Assembly (NCBI GenBank): GCA_964510885.1
Contig: CAZEDL010000006.1
Span: 12,531 to 76,530 of the forward strand
DNA: 64,000 nucleotides
Reading direction: 5' to 3'
Origin: an uncultured Gammaproteobacteria bacterium
GTDB lineage: Bacteria; Patescibacteriota; Patescibacteriia; Magasanikbacterales; GWA2-37-8
Part shown: one piece after another, positions 1 to 9,104 of the stretch
How the letters are laid out: every line of letters begins with the position of its first letter
Numbering within the stretch: the first letter of the stretch is position 1
The notes under the pieces: model-generated
What the model saw: the letters and a program-made list of their open reading frames with translations, nothing else
The model's database searches: none
Told to the model about the DNA's origin: nothing
Position numbers and translations under genes: made by a program

Positions 1-78
1 ATCGTGGTGGCGGTGGCCATTGAAACCTACAAGCAGATTGAATCACAGTTGACTGTCTACGAATACGACCGGATATAA
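1..78 (+). CDS. secY: 3' end of preprotein translocase SecY (partial, start outside window)
   Basis: In-frame from position 1 to TAA at 76-78, giving the tail ...IVVAVAIETYKQIESQLTVYEYDRI. adk and map follow, as in the conserved spc-operon order secY-adk-map. An intrinsic terminator hairpin lies at 98-124. Confidence 0.5.
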   Translation: MVVAVAIETYKQIESQLTVYEYDRI

Positions 79-97
79 AAGTAAAATTAACGAGAGA

Positions 98-124
98 GAG
101 CAAGTTAACGCTTGCTCTTTTTTA
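98..124 (+). terminator. Rho-independent terminator after secY (GAGCAAG-loop-CTTGCTC followed by a T run)
   Basis: Seen in sequence: a 7-bp GC-containing stem followed by TTTTTT. Confidence 0.55.
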
Positions 125-235
125 ATCAGAATCATCTTGCCGGAAGTAGTAGTGTTTGCTATTATTGGCAGGGTTTAGGAGGGGATATATCGGCTTCTAG
201 ACCAGGGATGAATTCCGATATTTTCTGAAATTCTT

Positions 236-895
236 ATGAAAAAAATCCTTATTTTAATGGGGCCGCCCGGAAGCGGCAAGGGGACGCAGGCGAAAAAAAT
301 TGCTGCTAAATTTAAGTATGGCCATATTTCGACCGGTGATTTACTGCGGTCATTGCAGCAGAGCCCGTCGATCGCCCCCGATGAACAACAGGCGCTCGAA
401 GAGATGAAGGCCGGGCGTCTAGTTCCAGACTGGCTGATCTATCGACTGGCGTTTCGCGCCATTGATTCGTATCTATTAGCTGGACAGGGAGTAGTGTTAG
501 ACGGTGCGATTCGTAATCTCGCCCAAGCCGAAAGCTATGATACCTATTTTAAAGATCATAATTTGACAGATGAGGTCGCAGTTATAGAAATCGCGCTTCC
601 AGACAATGAATCATTTGATCGCCTCGCCAAACGTCGCATTTGCGCGAAGTGTGGAGAAATTGTGGCGTTTACTGATGTGCCCCCTACCATCTGCCCGGCC
701 TGTTCAGGAGAGCTTAAAGCCCGCGCCGATGACGCCCCGGCAGTGGTCGAGAAACGAATCGCCGAGCAGGGCAATCGCGCCATCGAGCCGCTTCGGCAGT
801 ATTATGACACGCAAAAACGTCTGATTACGATAGATGGTAAGCAGCCCGTGCCAGTGGTCGAAGCTGATTTGCAGTCTATTATCATGAAGAGTTAA
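236..895 (+). CDS. adk: Adenylate kinase with zinc-binding lid
   Basis: P-loop GPPGSGKGTQ, the GDLLR motif, and a lid bearing CxxC...CxxC (CAKCGE...CPAC). 219 aa. Confidence 0.95.
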   Translation: MKKILILMGPPGSGKGTQAKKIAAKFKYGHISTGDLLRSLQQSPSIAPDEQQALEEMKAGRLVPDWLIYRLAFRAIDSYLLAGQGVVLDGAIRNLAQAESYDTYFKDHNLTDEVAVIEIALPDNESFDRLAKRRICAKCGEIVAFTDVPPTICPACSGELKARADDAPAVVEKRIAEQGNRAIEPLRQYYDTQKRLITIDGKQPVPVVEADLQSIIMKS

Positions 896-906
896 TACTC
901 GCTGGT

Positions 907-1755
907 ATGCATATCAAAACCGGAGAAGCAATCAAACAAATCAAGGCCGGCGGTAAGCTGATGGGCCGAATTTTGCATGAATTGCAAGTCGCAGCCCGCG
1001 CCGGACACTCAACGCTTGAAGTCGATGCCTCAGCCGAAACAAAAATTCGCAAAGCCGGCGGTACCCCAATTTTTAAAGGTTACACGACCAGCGTCACTGA
1101 TATTCCATTTCCGTCAACTATTTGTGCTTCGCTTAATACCGAATTAGTTCATGCCATTGCGCGCCCCGATGTTGTCCTAAAAGACGGCGATATTTTTAGC
1201 ATTGATATTGGCATGGGATACCCGGCAAAAAAATCAAAATTCCAAATTCCAAATTCAAAATTCCCTCGTGGCGGGTACGTTACCGACACCGCCATAACTT
1301 TTGCGATTGGCACCATTCCCGAAGCTACCAAAAAATTACTAGCGGTTACTAAACAGGCACTCGAAGAGGGGATTAAAGCCGCCAAACCAGGCAACAGCAT
1401 TGCCGCCATCGGTAAAGCGGTTGAAACATACGTCCGCTCCCAAGGTAATTATGGTATTGTTGAAGATTTGGTTGGCCACGGGGTTGGCTATGCCTTGCAC
1501 GAAGCACCGCATATTCCCAATTACTACGACCCCGGCCTTGAATCGCTGATTTTAAAACCTGGTATGGTGATTGCCATTGAGCCTATGATCTCTATGTCAG
1601 GCGAACACCGTGTCCGCACCAAAGCTGATGGCTGGACTATCGAAATGAAAGACAAATCGCTCTGTGCTCATTTTGAACATACCGTAATTATTACCGAGAA
1701 GGGGAATATTGTAGCCACGCGCCGCCCTGGTGAAGATAAAGAAAAATTGTGGTAA
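907..1755 (+). CDS. map: Methionine aminopeptidase type I
   Basis: M24A family motifs (GHGVG, metal-binding D/H/E residues); length 282 aa; located after adk. Confidence 0.93.
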   Translation: MHIKTGEAIKQIKAGGKLMGRILHELQVAARAGHSTLEVDASAETKIRKAGGTPIFKGYTTSVTDIPFPSTICASLNTELVHAIARPDVVLKDGDIFSIDIGMGYPAKKSKFQIPNSKFPRGGYVTDTAITFAIGTIPEATKKLLAVTKQALEEGIKAAKPGNSIAAIGKAVETYVRSQGNYGIVEDLVGHGVGYALHEAPHIPNYYDPGLESLILKPGMVIAIEPMISMSGEHRVRTKADGWTIEMKDKSLCAHFEHTVIITEKGNIVATRRPGEDKEKLW

Positions 1756-1762
1756 TGAGCCT

Positions 1763-2170
1763 ATGAAAATCATCGGTCTTGATTATGGTACGAATCGCAT
1801 TGGCCTCGCCTGGAGCGATACCGCGCTCGGGGTAGTTCTCCCGTTCGGAGTTATTGAAGTAAAACCATCCAAAACACCAGGCAGCAACCAACAAGACCGC
1901 CTTTTTAAAAAAGTAATCGATCTCATCAAAAGCGAACATATCGACGCGGTAGTTATTGGTCTGCCCATTAGTCTAACCGGCCAAGAAAACCGCAACACTT
2001 CTCGGGTGAAAGAATTGGCGTTTGAAATTCAAAAACAGACCAACCTGCCTATCGCTCTGTCCGATGAGCGATTTTCTTCACAGCAAGCCGATAGCGTCGG
2101 CCCTGGTGTCAGCCGCGACGAGCGATCAGCGATGATTATATTGCAGTCTTATCTTGATAAGAAAAAATAA
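1763..2170 (+). CDS. ruvX: Holliday-junction resolvase-like RNase YqgF/RuvX
   Basis: The MKIIGLDYGTNRIGLAWSD N-terminus is typical of YqgF. The ORF-track start at 1730 overlaps map, so the internal ATG at 1763 is preferred. Confidence 0.85.
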   Translation: MKIIGLDYGTNRIGLAWSDTALGVVLPFGVIEVKPSKTPGSNQQDRLFKKVIDLIKSEHIDAVVIGLPISLTGQENRNTSRVKELAFEIQKQTNLPIALSDERFSSQQADSVGPGVSRDERSAMIILQSYLDKKK

Positions 2171-2250
2171 AATACAATTTTGGCAAACACCAAACGATTT
2201 CTATTCTGCACGTCCTGCCGTTCATCTTGTCCTGAGTATACAATGCTTCT

Positions 2251-2952
2251 ATGCACGCCATCATTCTGTCGCGCCACGATGTCCGCGAATTCGACCAGCG
2301 GATTGTGTGTTATACCCGCGAAGCTGGCAAGCGCGAATACATCGCCCGTGGTGTTAAAAAAATAACCAGCAAATTATCATCATCACTCGAACCATCGCTA
2401 TACGTCACAATTGCCTATGCAGCGGGCGCCGAGCGTGATTATGTAATAAATGCTGAAATTGAATCGCCTCGGGTAAATCTGCGCTCGGATGCTACAACTC
2501 TCTTGCTTGCACGCACTAGTTTACGCATAGTAGACGAGGCAGTTACTAATCCCGAATCCGACCCGCGCCTATTTGATTTTTTAGAAAGCTGGTTAACATA
2601 TCTCGATTCCGATAACAATATACTGTTTTCAGACACGGTATTATCTGGATTTATTATCCGCTTCATGGCCTATCTAGGTTTTGCACCCCGCCTTGATGAG
2701 TGCTCAGTTTGCCAAACCATAATGACTGATGGATATTTTTCGCTAGCGAGCGGGGGAGTGGTGCATAGTACGTGTTATCAAAAACCCCCGACGCTGCGTG
2801 ATGTGGTGTATGACATTTCCGCCAGCGATCTAAGTCTGCTTAAAAATATGCGTGACACCAGCTGGGTACTGCTTGGTGAACAATCAAGCAGTCAAAAAAT
2901 TAACCAGCTAGTACGCAATTTTTTGGCTTACTATAGCGAAAAAAAGGCTTAA
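2251..2952 (+). CDS. recO: DNA repair protein RecO
   Basis: RecO N-terminal OB-fold region followed by a C-terminal Cys cluster (CSVC...C); 233 aa. Confidence 0.8.
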   Translation: MHAIILSRHDVREFDQRIVCYTREAGKREYIARGVKKITSKLSSSLEPSLYVTIAYAAGAERDYVINAEIESPRVNLRSDATTLLLARTSLRIVDEAVTNPESDPRLFDFLESWLTYLDSDNNILFSDTVLSGFIIRFMAYLGFAPRLDECSVCQTIMTDGYFSLASGGVVHSTCYQKPPTLRDVVYDISASDLSLLKNMRDTSWVLLGEQSSSQKINQLVRNFLAYYSEKKA

Positions 2953-3096
2953 ATCAAATTATCGTATCGGTGGCGTTGCTAAAAGTTGTTGCCATCGACA
3001 TCTGATCTTTCATTAAAAATCTTGCCTATTATAATCAGTTCCGCTAGAATAAAATTCTGCCAATTATTTTCAATAAAAATATTTATTTCGGTGTAT

Positions 3097-4389
3097 ATGG
3101 ATATTCTTATCAGTCAATGTGCAGCTCATGTAGGCGAAACCGTTACCATAAAAGGCTGGCTTTATAACAAACGATCGTCCGGCCCGATTAGCTTTCTTGA
3201 AATTCGTGATGGCTCAGGATTTATTCAAGCGGTAGCGGTGCAAAAAAGTGTGGCAGCCGACGTGTGGTCGGCGCTTGAAGCGGTAACCCAAGAATCATCA
3301 CTCACGCTCACCGGTACGATTTCCAAACATCCCAAAAAAGATGATGTATTTGAGTTACAAGTTACCGGCGCCACAGTGTTGCAACAAGCCGTTGATTATC
3401 CGATCGCCAAAAAAGACCATGGCCCGGATTTTCTGATGGACAATCGTCATCTGTGGCTGCGCAGCAAACGCCAGTGGGCCATATTGCGCATCCGCGACAC
3501 GATCATCATGGCCATCCAGGAATATTTGCACACGCAGAATTTTATTCGCATTGATTCACCAATTTTTACCCCCAATGCCTGTGAAGGTACCACCACGCTA
3601 TTTGCAGTGCCGTATTTTGACCTCGGCTCCGCTTATATGTCTCAATCAGGCCAGCTCTATATCGAAGCTGCCATTGCCTCGGTCGGTCGCTGCTATGATT
3701 TTGGCCCAGTGTTCCGCGCCGAAAAAAGCAAAACCAAACGTCACCTCACCGAATTTTGGATGATGGATGCCGAAGCTGCCTTCATGGAACATGAAGGCAA
3801 TGTAGCGTTGCAAGAAAGGCTCGTCCGCCACCTCATCCGCCGCTGCCTTGAATCGTGCCAAACGGAGTTGCTGCTACTCGAGCGCAACCTCGACACCCTA
3901 AAAGCCGCTGATGCACCCTTCACGCGCTACACGTACGAACAGGCTATTGCCAAATTGCACGAGCTCGGCTCAGATATTAAATTCGGCGATGACCTCGGCA
4001 ACGATGACGAAGGCCTCCTGACCAAAGACAGCGCGGTGCCAGTATTTATCGAAAAGTGGCCAAAGAGTATCAAACCCTTCTACATGAAAACCGACCCAAG
4101 TGATGCCACTCGCGTGTTCAATGATGATCTGATCGCTACCGAAGGTGGAGGAGAACTCATTGGCGGCAGCCAACGCGAAGAAAACGTCGATATCTTACTC
4201 GCTCGTATAAAAGAAGAGGGGTTAAACCAGGCTGATTATGAATGGTATCTCGACACCCGTCGCTTTGGAGGTGTGCCGCATGCCGGCTTTGGTATCGGCC
4301 TTGAGCGCGTGGTACGCTGGATTTCCGGAGTCGAACATATTCGCGAGTGCATACCGTTCCCGCGGACGATTGGGCGCCTTAGACCTTAA
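3097..4389 (+). CDS. asnS: Asparaginyl-tRNA synthetase (class IIb; an archaeal-type AspRS is not fully excluded)
   Basis: Class II motifs FRAEKSKTKRHLTEFWMMDAE and GGSQRE. SGQL (rather than SPQL) and EFWM favour AsnRS. The preferred start is the internal ATG at 3097; the ORF-track start is 2986. Confidence 0.75.
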   Translation: MDILISQCAAHVGETVTIKGWLYNKRSSGPISFLEIRDGSGFIQAVAVQKSVAADVWSALEAVTQESSLTLTGTISKHPKKDDVFELQVTGATVLQQAVDYPIAKKDHGPDFLMDNRHLWLRSKRQWAILRIRDTIIMAIQEYLHTQNFIRIDSPIFTPNACEGTTTLFAVPYFDLGSAYMSQSGQLYIEAAIASVGRCYDFGPVFRAEKSKTKRHLTEFWMMDAEAAFMEHEGNVALQERLVRHLIRRCLESCQTELLLLERNLDTLKAADAPFTRYTYEQAIAKLHELGSDIKFGDDLGNDDEGLLTKDSAVPVFIEKWPKSIKPFYMKTDPSDATRVFNDDLIATEGGGELIGGSQREENVDILLARIKEEGLNQADYEWYLDTRRFGGVPHAGFGIGLERVVRWISGVEHIRECIPFPRTIGRLRP

Positions 4390-4403
4390 TAAACAAACCA
4401 AAA

Positions 4404-4431
4404 AATTCCCGCTCTCAGGCGGGAATTTTTA
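4404..4431. terminator. Bidirectional intrinsic terminator (AATTCCCGC-loop-GCGGGAATT followed by a T run) between asnS and a convergent gene
   Basis: Seen in sequence. Confidence 0.6.
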
Positions 4432-4458
4432 TCTTCTAACATCTAATAATGTACTATC

Positions 4459-5424
4459 TTAGCGCTGTGGTTCAAGGGTAATCACCGCCACCTCAGGCGG
4501 AGTAAATAACCGAAGCGGCGCGCCCGATTCACTGGTTCCAACCGTAGTAAAAATTGGTACCTTATTCCAAAAATTCAGCCAGCGATAAAAGCCTGTTCCG
4601 AGCCTAGACTCAACCTGCCCAAGTGGACCAAGCCATGGAAGCCATAGCTGCCCACCATGAGTATGGCCGGACACTTCAAGATCAGGCAGCGGCAAATCTT
4701 TCGGCCAAAATAAAATCCCGTCTGGATTATGACTAATCTGGATCAACGGGGTATGTGGTGGCCACTTTTTTAAGGCTGAAAAATCAAACTGCTGGCGGTA
4801 CACTTCATCCATGCCAAATAAACAAATAACCTGCTGCTTGATCGTAGGACATTCTAATTCGTTGACCAATAATGGCACATTAAGCTCAGCCAGCCGGGCA
4901 GACACGAGGGTAGATTTATCATAGTTAGTTTGGTAATCATAGGCCCGGTAGCCATATTCATGATTACCAAGCACGGCATAGACGGGTAACTTTTCAGCCA
5001 ATGCGCGCAAAGGTGAGAGGTATACGCTCTCGTCTTCCACCCCTTCATTTACCGTATAGTCGCCAGCGAGTAGAACCAGATCTGGGTTAATCGAGAGTAT
5101 AGTAGTGACCACTTTTTGTATCCATGCTTCTCGTTTGTGCTCACCGGCATGCAGATCAGAAACCACTACCACCCTAACGGGCTCTTTAATCCCGTTGATA
5201 GGGATGGATACCCGGTGTACCCGCAGCCAATTAGGCTCAATAAATCGGACATAGATGCCGAGTACAATAATAAGGCCTATAACAACTAAGAGGCCATAAG
5301 CCAAAAGCGGCCTACGCCCCAGCCAGGAGCGTTTATTTTTTCGGTCGCGGTTAAAAAAATAGGCGAGTAAAGCCAATACTCCTATGCCACCATACAGAAT
5401 TATTAAATACGGATTCAAATCCAT
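4459..5424 (-). CDS. Membrane-anchored calcineurin-like metallophosphoesterase
   Basis: Two N-terminal TM helices; DLH...GDY...GNHEY...GHTH phosphoesterase motifs. Confidence 0.8.
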   Translation of the reverse strand: MDLNPYLIILYGGIGVLALLAYFFNRDRKNKRSWLGRRPLLAYGLLVVIGLIIVLGIYVRFIEPNWLRVHRVSIPINGIKEPVRVVVVSDLHAGEHKREAWIQKVVTTILSINPDLVLLAGDYTVNEGVEDESVYLSPLRALAEKLPVYAVLGNHEYGYRAYDYQTNYDKSTLVSARLAELNVPLLVNELECPTIKQQVICLFGMDEVYRQQFDFSALKKWPPHTPLIQISHNPDGILFWPKDLPLPDLEVSGHTHGGQLWLPWLGPLGQVESRLGTGFYRWLNFWNKVPIFTTVGTSESGAPLRLFTPPEVAVITLEPQR

Positions 5425-5427
5425 AGT

Positions 5428-5658
5428 CTAATCAATATACCGAAAGCGGGGGACAGTGGCTCCATTATATTCTACCGTTTGCAAAAATTCTTCCTTCGGC
5501 CTAATAAACCAAGCTTCATTCCCAACCTCAGGATGATTATACAAGGCCTTATACACCACCTGTTTTTCTAGTGTTTCATGATGATATGCCTCACCAAGGA
5601 CTTCGTAAAAATTACCTTTGTAATGTTGGTAGCGGCCAAGCTTAATATGGTCAGTCAT
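5428..5658 (-). CDS. DUF1653-like small protein
   Basis: The motif YQHYKGNFYEV...YKALYN...WFIRP resembles DUF1653. The stop lies 4 nt from the downstream gene, so it is probably co-transcribed. Confidence 0.55.
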   Translation of the reverse strand: MTDHIKLGRYQHYKGNFYEVLGEAYHHETLEKQVVYKALYNHPEVGNEAWFIRPKEEFLQTVEYNGATVPRFRYID

Positions 5659-6055
5659 AAGAAAAAAAGTTTTTTAACTATACCAAAAAAATAAGCTATC
5701 GTCTACGTAAAATAAATAAAAACCCTTAAATTATAAGGGTTGTCTAGTTGCAGACGAAATAAAGTATTATCTGATCCAGAGTTTTGATATTTTTGAGTGT
5801 TTAAAGGTGTGTCTAGTCTTTATAGCTTTATAATATGAAGTTTTTATACAGTAGAAATATTATTTTGCAGTTAGATGTTTAGAGTTTTCTCTTATAGTTC
5901 CTGTACGAGAACAGAAGCTATAAGAGAATCGACGGTTGGGTAAGAAAAGAAACGGACCGTCGCGCCGTGTCATGAAGGCAAGAATTTTCACCTGACCTAG
6001 GTTTTCACCTAGGTCTACCTAGTCGCCCCCTCCTTAAGAATACGACGCGGTTTGG

Positions 6056-7843
6056 TTACTTGGCCAGCTCGGCCTCCCGCAGGATGCGCTCAACCTGGCC
6101 ATTGGTGATGGGGTGGTAGCCGGCCTTAACCTGTTCAAAGACGCGCCGCGCCCAGGCCAGGCCCTGGACGGTCTTCGCCTTGGCCCGCATCAGCGGGAGG
6201 ACGTACTTCATCCGGCCGCCCTCGACCAGGAAGCGCTCGATCTGGTCGTCCACCGCCGTGTAGCCGGACTCGACGGCGAGGAGGAGGAACGCCCACTTGA
6301 TCTCGGCGAAGCGGTTGGTGCTGAGGTTGAACTCGATGTCGAGCTTGGCGACGAACTCCGGGGTGGCCGGGCGCGGTAGCAGTTCCAGGTAAAGCGTCCA
6401 CTGCGGGTCGGACCAGGCCTGGCCGACCTCGCGGGGCGGGATGATGGACTGCTCAGCGTACCGCGCGACGTCGTCGATGAGCAACGACTCGATCTTCGGA
6501 GCGTTCTCGGGCCAGCCTGGCTCGTAGACGTAGCGCCAGGCCTGGACCTGCTCCAGCGCACCCGGCAACTCGGAGGCCACGAAGTCGAGGAAGGTGGCGG
6601 TATCGATGGCCGTGAAGCGGAACCGGGCGATGTAGGCCCGGATGAACCGGTCGAAGCGCTCACGCCCGACCCTCTCCTCGATGGCCCGGATGAACATCGC
6701 CCCCTCGAAGTACGGCACCCGCGAGAAGATGTCGTCGGGGTCGACGGCGCAGGAGATGTGGGTGGACAGGGCGGTAAGCTCGGGAGTGCCGGTCGTGATG
6801 AAGTGGTGGCAGTCCCGGCTGAACTCTCGGCCACGCAGGGCCATCTGCAGGAGGGCCGCGTCGCGGCCATGGAGCGCCTCGTAGATGCGCCACTCGATGT
6901 AGGTCGTCCAGCCCTCGTTGAGCCAGAACGACCGCCAGTCGGCATTGCCGATCAAGTTGCCGGTCCAGGAGTGGGCCAGCTCGTGGCCGACGACAGCCGC
7001 GCCGCCGGGGATTAGGGTGGGTGTCAGGAAGGTGAGCCGCGGGTTCTCCATGCCCCCGTAGGGGAAGGAGGGCGGCAGGATCAACAGGTCGAACCGCTCC
7101 CAGTCGTACGGGCCGAAGAGCCCCTCGGCCACGTCCATCATCTGTCCGACCTGGGCGAACTCAGCAGCCGCCGCGTCGACCAGCTCCACCTCGGACCAGA
7201 CGCGGCAGCGATCGGTGATGTCGCGCGACACCAGGTCGCCGACGGCGATGGCCATGAGGTAGGCCGGGATGCGCTGGGGCATACGGTATCGCTCGATCGC
7301 GAGCTCGCCCTGCTCCTCGCGGCCGAGGTGGTTGGCCGCCATGAGCGCGCGCAGCGCCTTTGGCACCGTGATCTCCGCCGAGTAGCTGAAGCGGATATTG
7401 GGGGTGTTCTGGCACGGCACCAGGCTCGGTGCGTGCAGGGCCTGGAATTGGGTGAACAGGTATGGGTGCCGCTTGCCCTTGGTCTGCTCAGCGCTGAGCC
7501 ACTGGATGCCGCTGGCCTCAGGCGAGGTGTGGTAGCGGATATTGACCCGGGGCTCGTCCTCGGGGACCATGACGTTCAGCCGCTGGCCTAGGACCGGCTT
7601 CGACTCGTGGAGCTGGAACTCCAGGGTCTGACCGGAGTTGTCGGTGACGGCTTCGATGGTGAGGTCCCGGACGTCGAGATCGACCGTGCCGCCCTGGCCG
7701 AAGTCGATAGTGGCGGTGCAGCTAATCGTCCTGGTGGCGAAGTTGATCTGGGCCTGCAGGTGCAGGTGGGTCATCGTCGGCTGACCCGGGCCGTAGTATG
7801 AATGCGGATCGCGCTTGATTGCTGGCATCTGCATCATGCACAT
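6056..7843 (-). CDS. M1-family zinc aminopeptidase (leukotriene A4 hydrolase/aminopeptidase N-like); high-GC gene
   Basis: HELAHSWTGNL...WLNEGWTTY is the HEXXH-(18)-E gluzincin M1 signature. GC is about 66% against about 50% in flanking DNA. The likely start is MCMMQM at 7843, preceded by GGAGAG; the ORF track extends to 7912. Confidence 0.85.
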   Translation of the reverse strand: MCMMQMPAIKRDPHSYYGPGQPTMTHLHLQAQINFATRTISCTATIDFGQGGTVDLDVRDLTIEAVTDNSGQTLEFQLHESKPVLGQRLNVMVPEDEPRVNIRYHTSPEASGIQWLSAEQTKGKRHPYLFTQFQALHAPSLVPCQNTPNIRFSYSAEITVPKALRALMAANHLGREEQGELAIERYRMPQRIPAYLMAIAVGDLVSRDITDRCRVWSEVELVDAAAAEFAQVGQMMDVAEGLFGPYDWERFDLLILPPSFPYGGMENPRLTFLTPTLIPGGAAVVGHELAHSWTGNLIGNADWRSFWLNEGWTTYIEWRIYEALHGRDAALLQMALRGREFSRDCHHFITTGTPELTALSTHISCAVDPDDIFSRVPYFEGAMFIRAIEERVGRERFDRFIRAYIARFRFTAIDTATFLDFVASELPGALEQVQAWRYVYEPGWPENAPKIESLLIDDVARYAEQSIIPPREVGQAWSDPQWTLYLELLPRPATPEFVAKLDIEFNLSTNRFAEIKWAFLLLAVESGYTAVDDQIERFLVEGGRMKYVLPLMRAKAKTVQGLAWARRVFEQVKAGYHPITNGQVERILREAELAK

Positions 7844-8054
7844 GTTGCTCTCCAATGCTGCCCCAACAGCAAGTTGATACGGGGGTGAGTGTGGTTGATT
7901 ATTCAACACCACTCAGCCCCGTATTCTTCAAAGAACAACATGATATATAAGCACTTGTCGCACTGAATGTCAATCGAGAGATAGTCAATATCAGCAATTA
8001 AATTTTCTAAATAAATAGAGGATTATTTTTTGTCACCCTTGATTCGATTCTTAC

Positions 8055-8100
8055 TTTGCAAATAACAAATACAGCTCCCCTGAAGGAAGCTGTATTTGTT
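8055..8100. terminator. Perfect 13-bp inverted repeat hairpin (AACAAATACAGCT...AGCTGTATTTGTT) downstream of tRNA-Leu
   Basis: Seen in sequence; a likely terminator for the tRNA transcript on the minus strand. Confidence 0.5.
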
Positions 8101-8104
8101 ATAG

Positions 8105-8186
8105 TGCCCAGAGAGAGAATCGAACTCTCATGACCGAAGTCGCGGGATTTTGAGTCCCGTGCGTCTACCAATTCCGCCATCTGGGC
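8105..8186 (-). tRNA. tRNA-Leu (anticodon CAA), class II with long variable arm
   Basis: The reverse complement gives GCCCAGA acceptor, a D-arm TGGCGGAATTGGTAGACGC identical to the E. coli tRNA-Leu D-arm, an anticodon loop CUCAAAA, a long variable arm, a T-arm GAGAGTTCGATTCTCTC and discriminator A. No encoded CCA. Confidence 0.9.
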
Positions 8187-8261
8187 CTAGCAATAAGCTA
8201 TAAGTAGCCGCTATATTAGCGGTTTCTTTTCTCCTTGTCAATCGTATGGTATACTCTCCCC

Positions 8262-9032
8262 ATGATCATCTCTGTAGTCAATCAAAAAGGCGGTGTCGGC
8301 AAAACCACCACCGCCGTAAACCTCGCTGCCGCCCTCTCCGAAGCCGGCAAATTTGTCTTACTGGTCGATCTTGATCCGCAAGGCAACGCCACCTCGGGCC
8401 TCGGGCTTAAAAGCGGGGAGCTAGAGCATGGGCTATACCATGCGTTAGTCGGTGCCCGTCGCTTGCACGACGTAGTGAAAAATACGGCGCATGCCGGGCT
8501 ACGGTTGGTTCCAGCCACACCTGATCTCGCTGGTGCCAACGTGGAACTGGTCAATGTCGACGGTCGGGAGATGAAGTTGTCTGATCTTCTTACCGAAGTG
8601 AACCATGCCTATGATTATGTGATCATTGATTGCCCACCGTCGCTCGGGATTCTGACCCTCAATGGCCTCGTGGCTGCTGATCACATTCTCATTCCGGTCC
8701 AGGCTGAGTACTATGCGCTCGAAGGCCTGGGGCAGCTTCTTAAAACGGTTGAATTAGTCCAAACCAATCTAAAACCAAATCTGGCCGTGCTCGGCGCCGT
8801 GCTCACCATGTTCGATGCGCGCACCCGCCTGTCGGAAGAAGTAATGCAAGAACTATACAAATATTTCCCGAATAATATTTTCCGCTCAGTGGTACCCCGC
8901 ACCGTGCGCCTAGCCGAAGCCCCTAGTTTTGGCCAAAGCATTTTTCACTACGAACCAAGCGGCAAAGGGGCGAAGGCGTATGAGAGGCTTGCTAAAGAGC
9001 TACTCGATAGATTCGAAAATAGTTCTGGCTAG
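8262..9032 (+). CDS. parA: Chromosome partitioning ATPase ParA/Soj
   Basis: Deviant Walker A VVNQKGGVGKTT and ParA/MinD family features. The ATG at 8262 is preferred; the track uses a TTG at 8235. An extended -10 TGgTATACT lies immediately upstream (8248-8256), so the mRNA may be leaderless. Confidence 0.9.
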   Translation: MIISVVNQKGGVGKTTTAVNLAAALSEAGKFVLLVDLDPQGNATSGLGLKSGELEHGLYHALVGARRLHDVVKNTAHAGLRLVPATPDLAGANVELVNVDGREMKLSDLLTEVNHAYDYVIIDCPPSLGILTLNGLVAADHILIPVQAEYYALEGLGQLLKTVELVQTNLKPNLAVLGAVLTMFDARTRLSEEVMQELYKYFPNNIFRSVVPRTVRLAEAPSFGQSIFHYEPSGKGAKAYERLAKELLDRFENSSG

Positions 9033-9059
9033 GTAATACTTGCTTAATAATTCACGTTT

Positions 9060-9101
9060 AATTTTCAATTTCTAATTTTCAATATCCAAACAATTTTCAA
9101 T
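9060..9101 (+). repeat. Three perfect direct copies of AATTTTCAAT immediately upstream of the parB start
   Basis: Copies at 9060-9069, 9074-9083 and 9092-9101 (seen in sequence). Confidence 0.6.
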
Positions 9102-9104
9102 CCT

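Noticed and set aside
6113-7801. Numerous long antisense or alternative-frame ORFs inside the M1 peptidase gene (for example 6208-6945 at 245 aa, 6135-6401, 7161-7415)
   Set aside because: These are Pro/Arg/Ala/Ser-rich translations typical of spurious open frames in high-GC DNA. The sense frame carries a clear HEXXH-E M1 signature.
8235-8261. Upstream TTG start for parA, and the 16335 TTG start for the PD40 protein
   Set aside because: The parA N-terminal extension overlaps the promoter -10, and the 16335 TTG lies in the -35 hexamer itself. Canonical ATG starts downstream match family N-termini.
9033-9104. Possible parS site (ATTCACGTTTAAT) in the parA-parB spacer
   Set aside because: It matches only one half-site of TGTTTCACGTGAAACA and is not palindromic.
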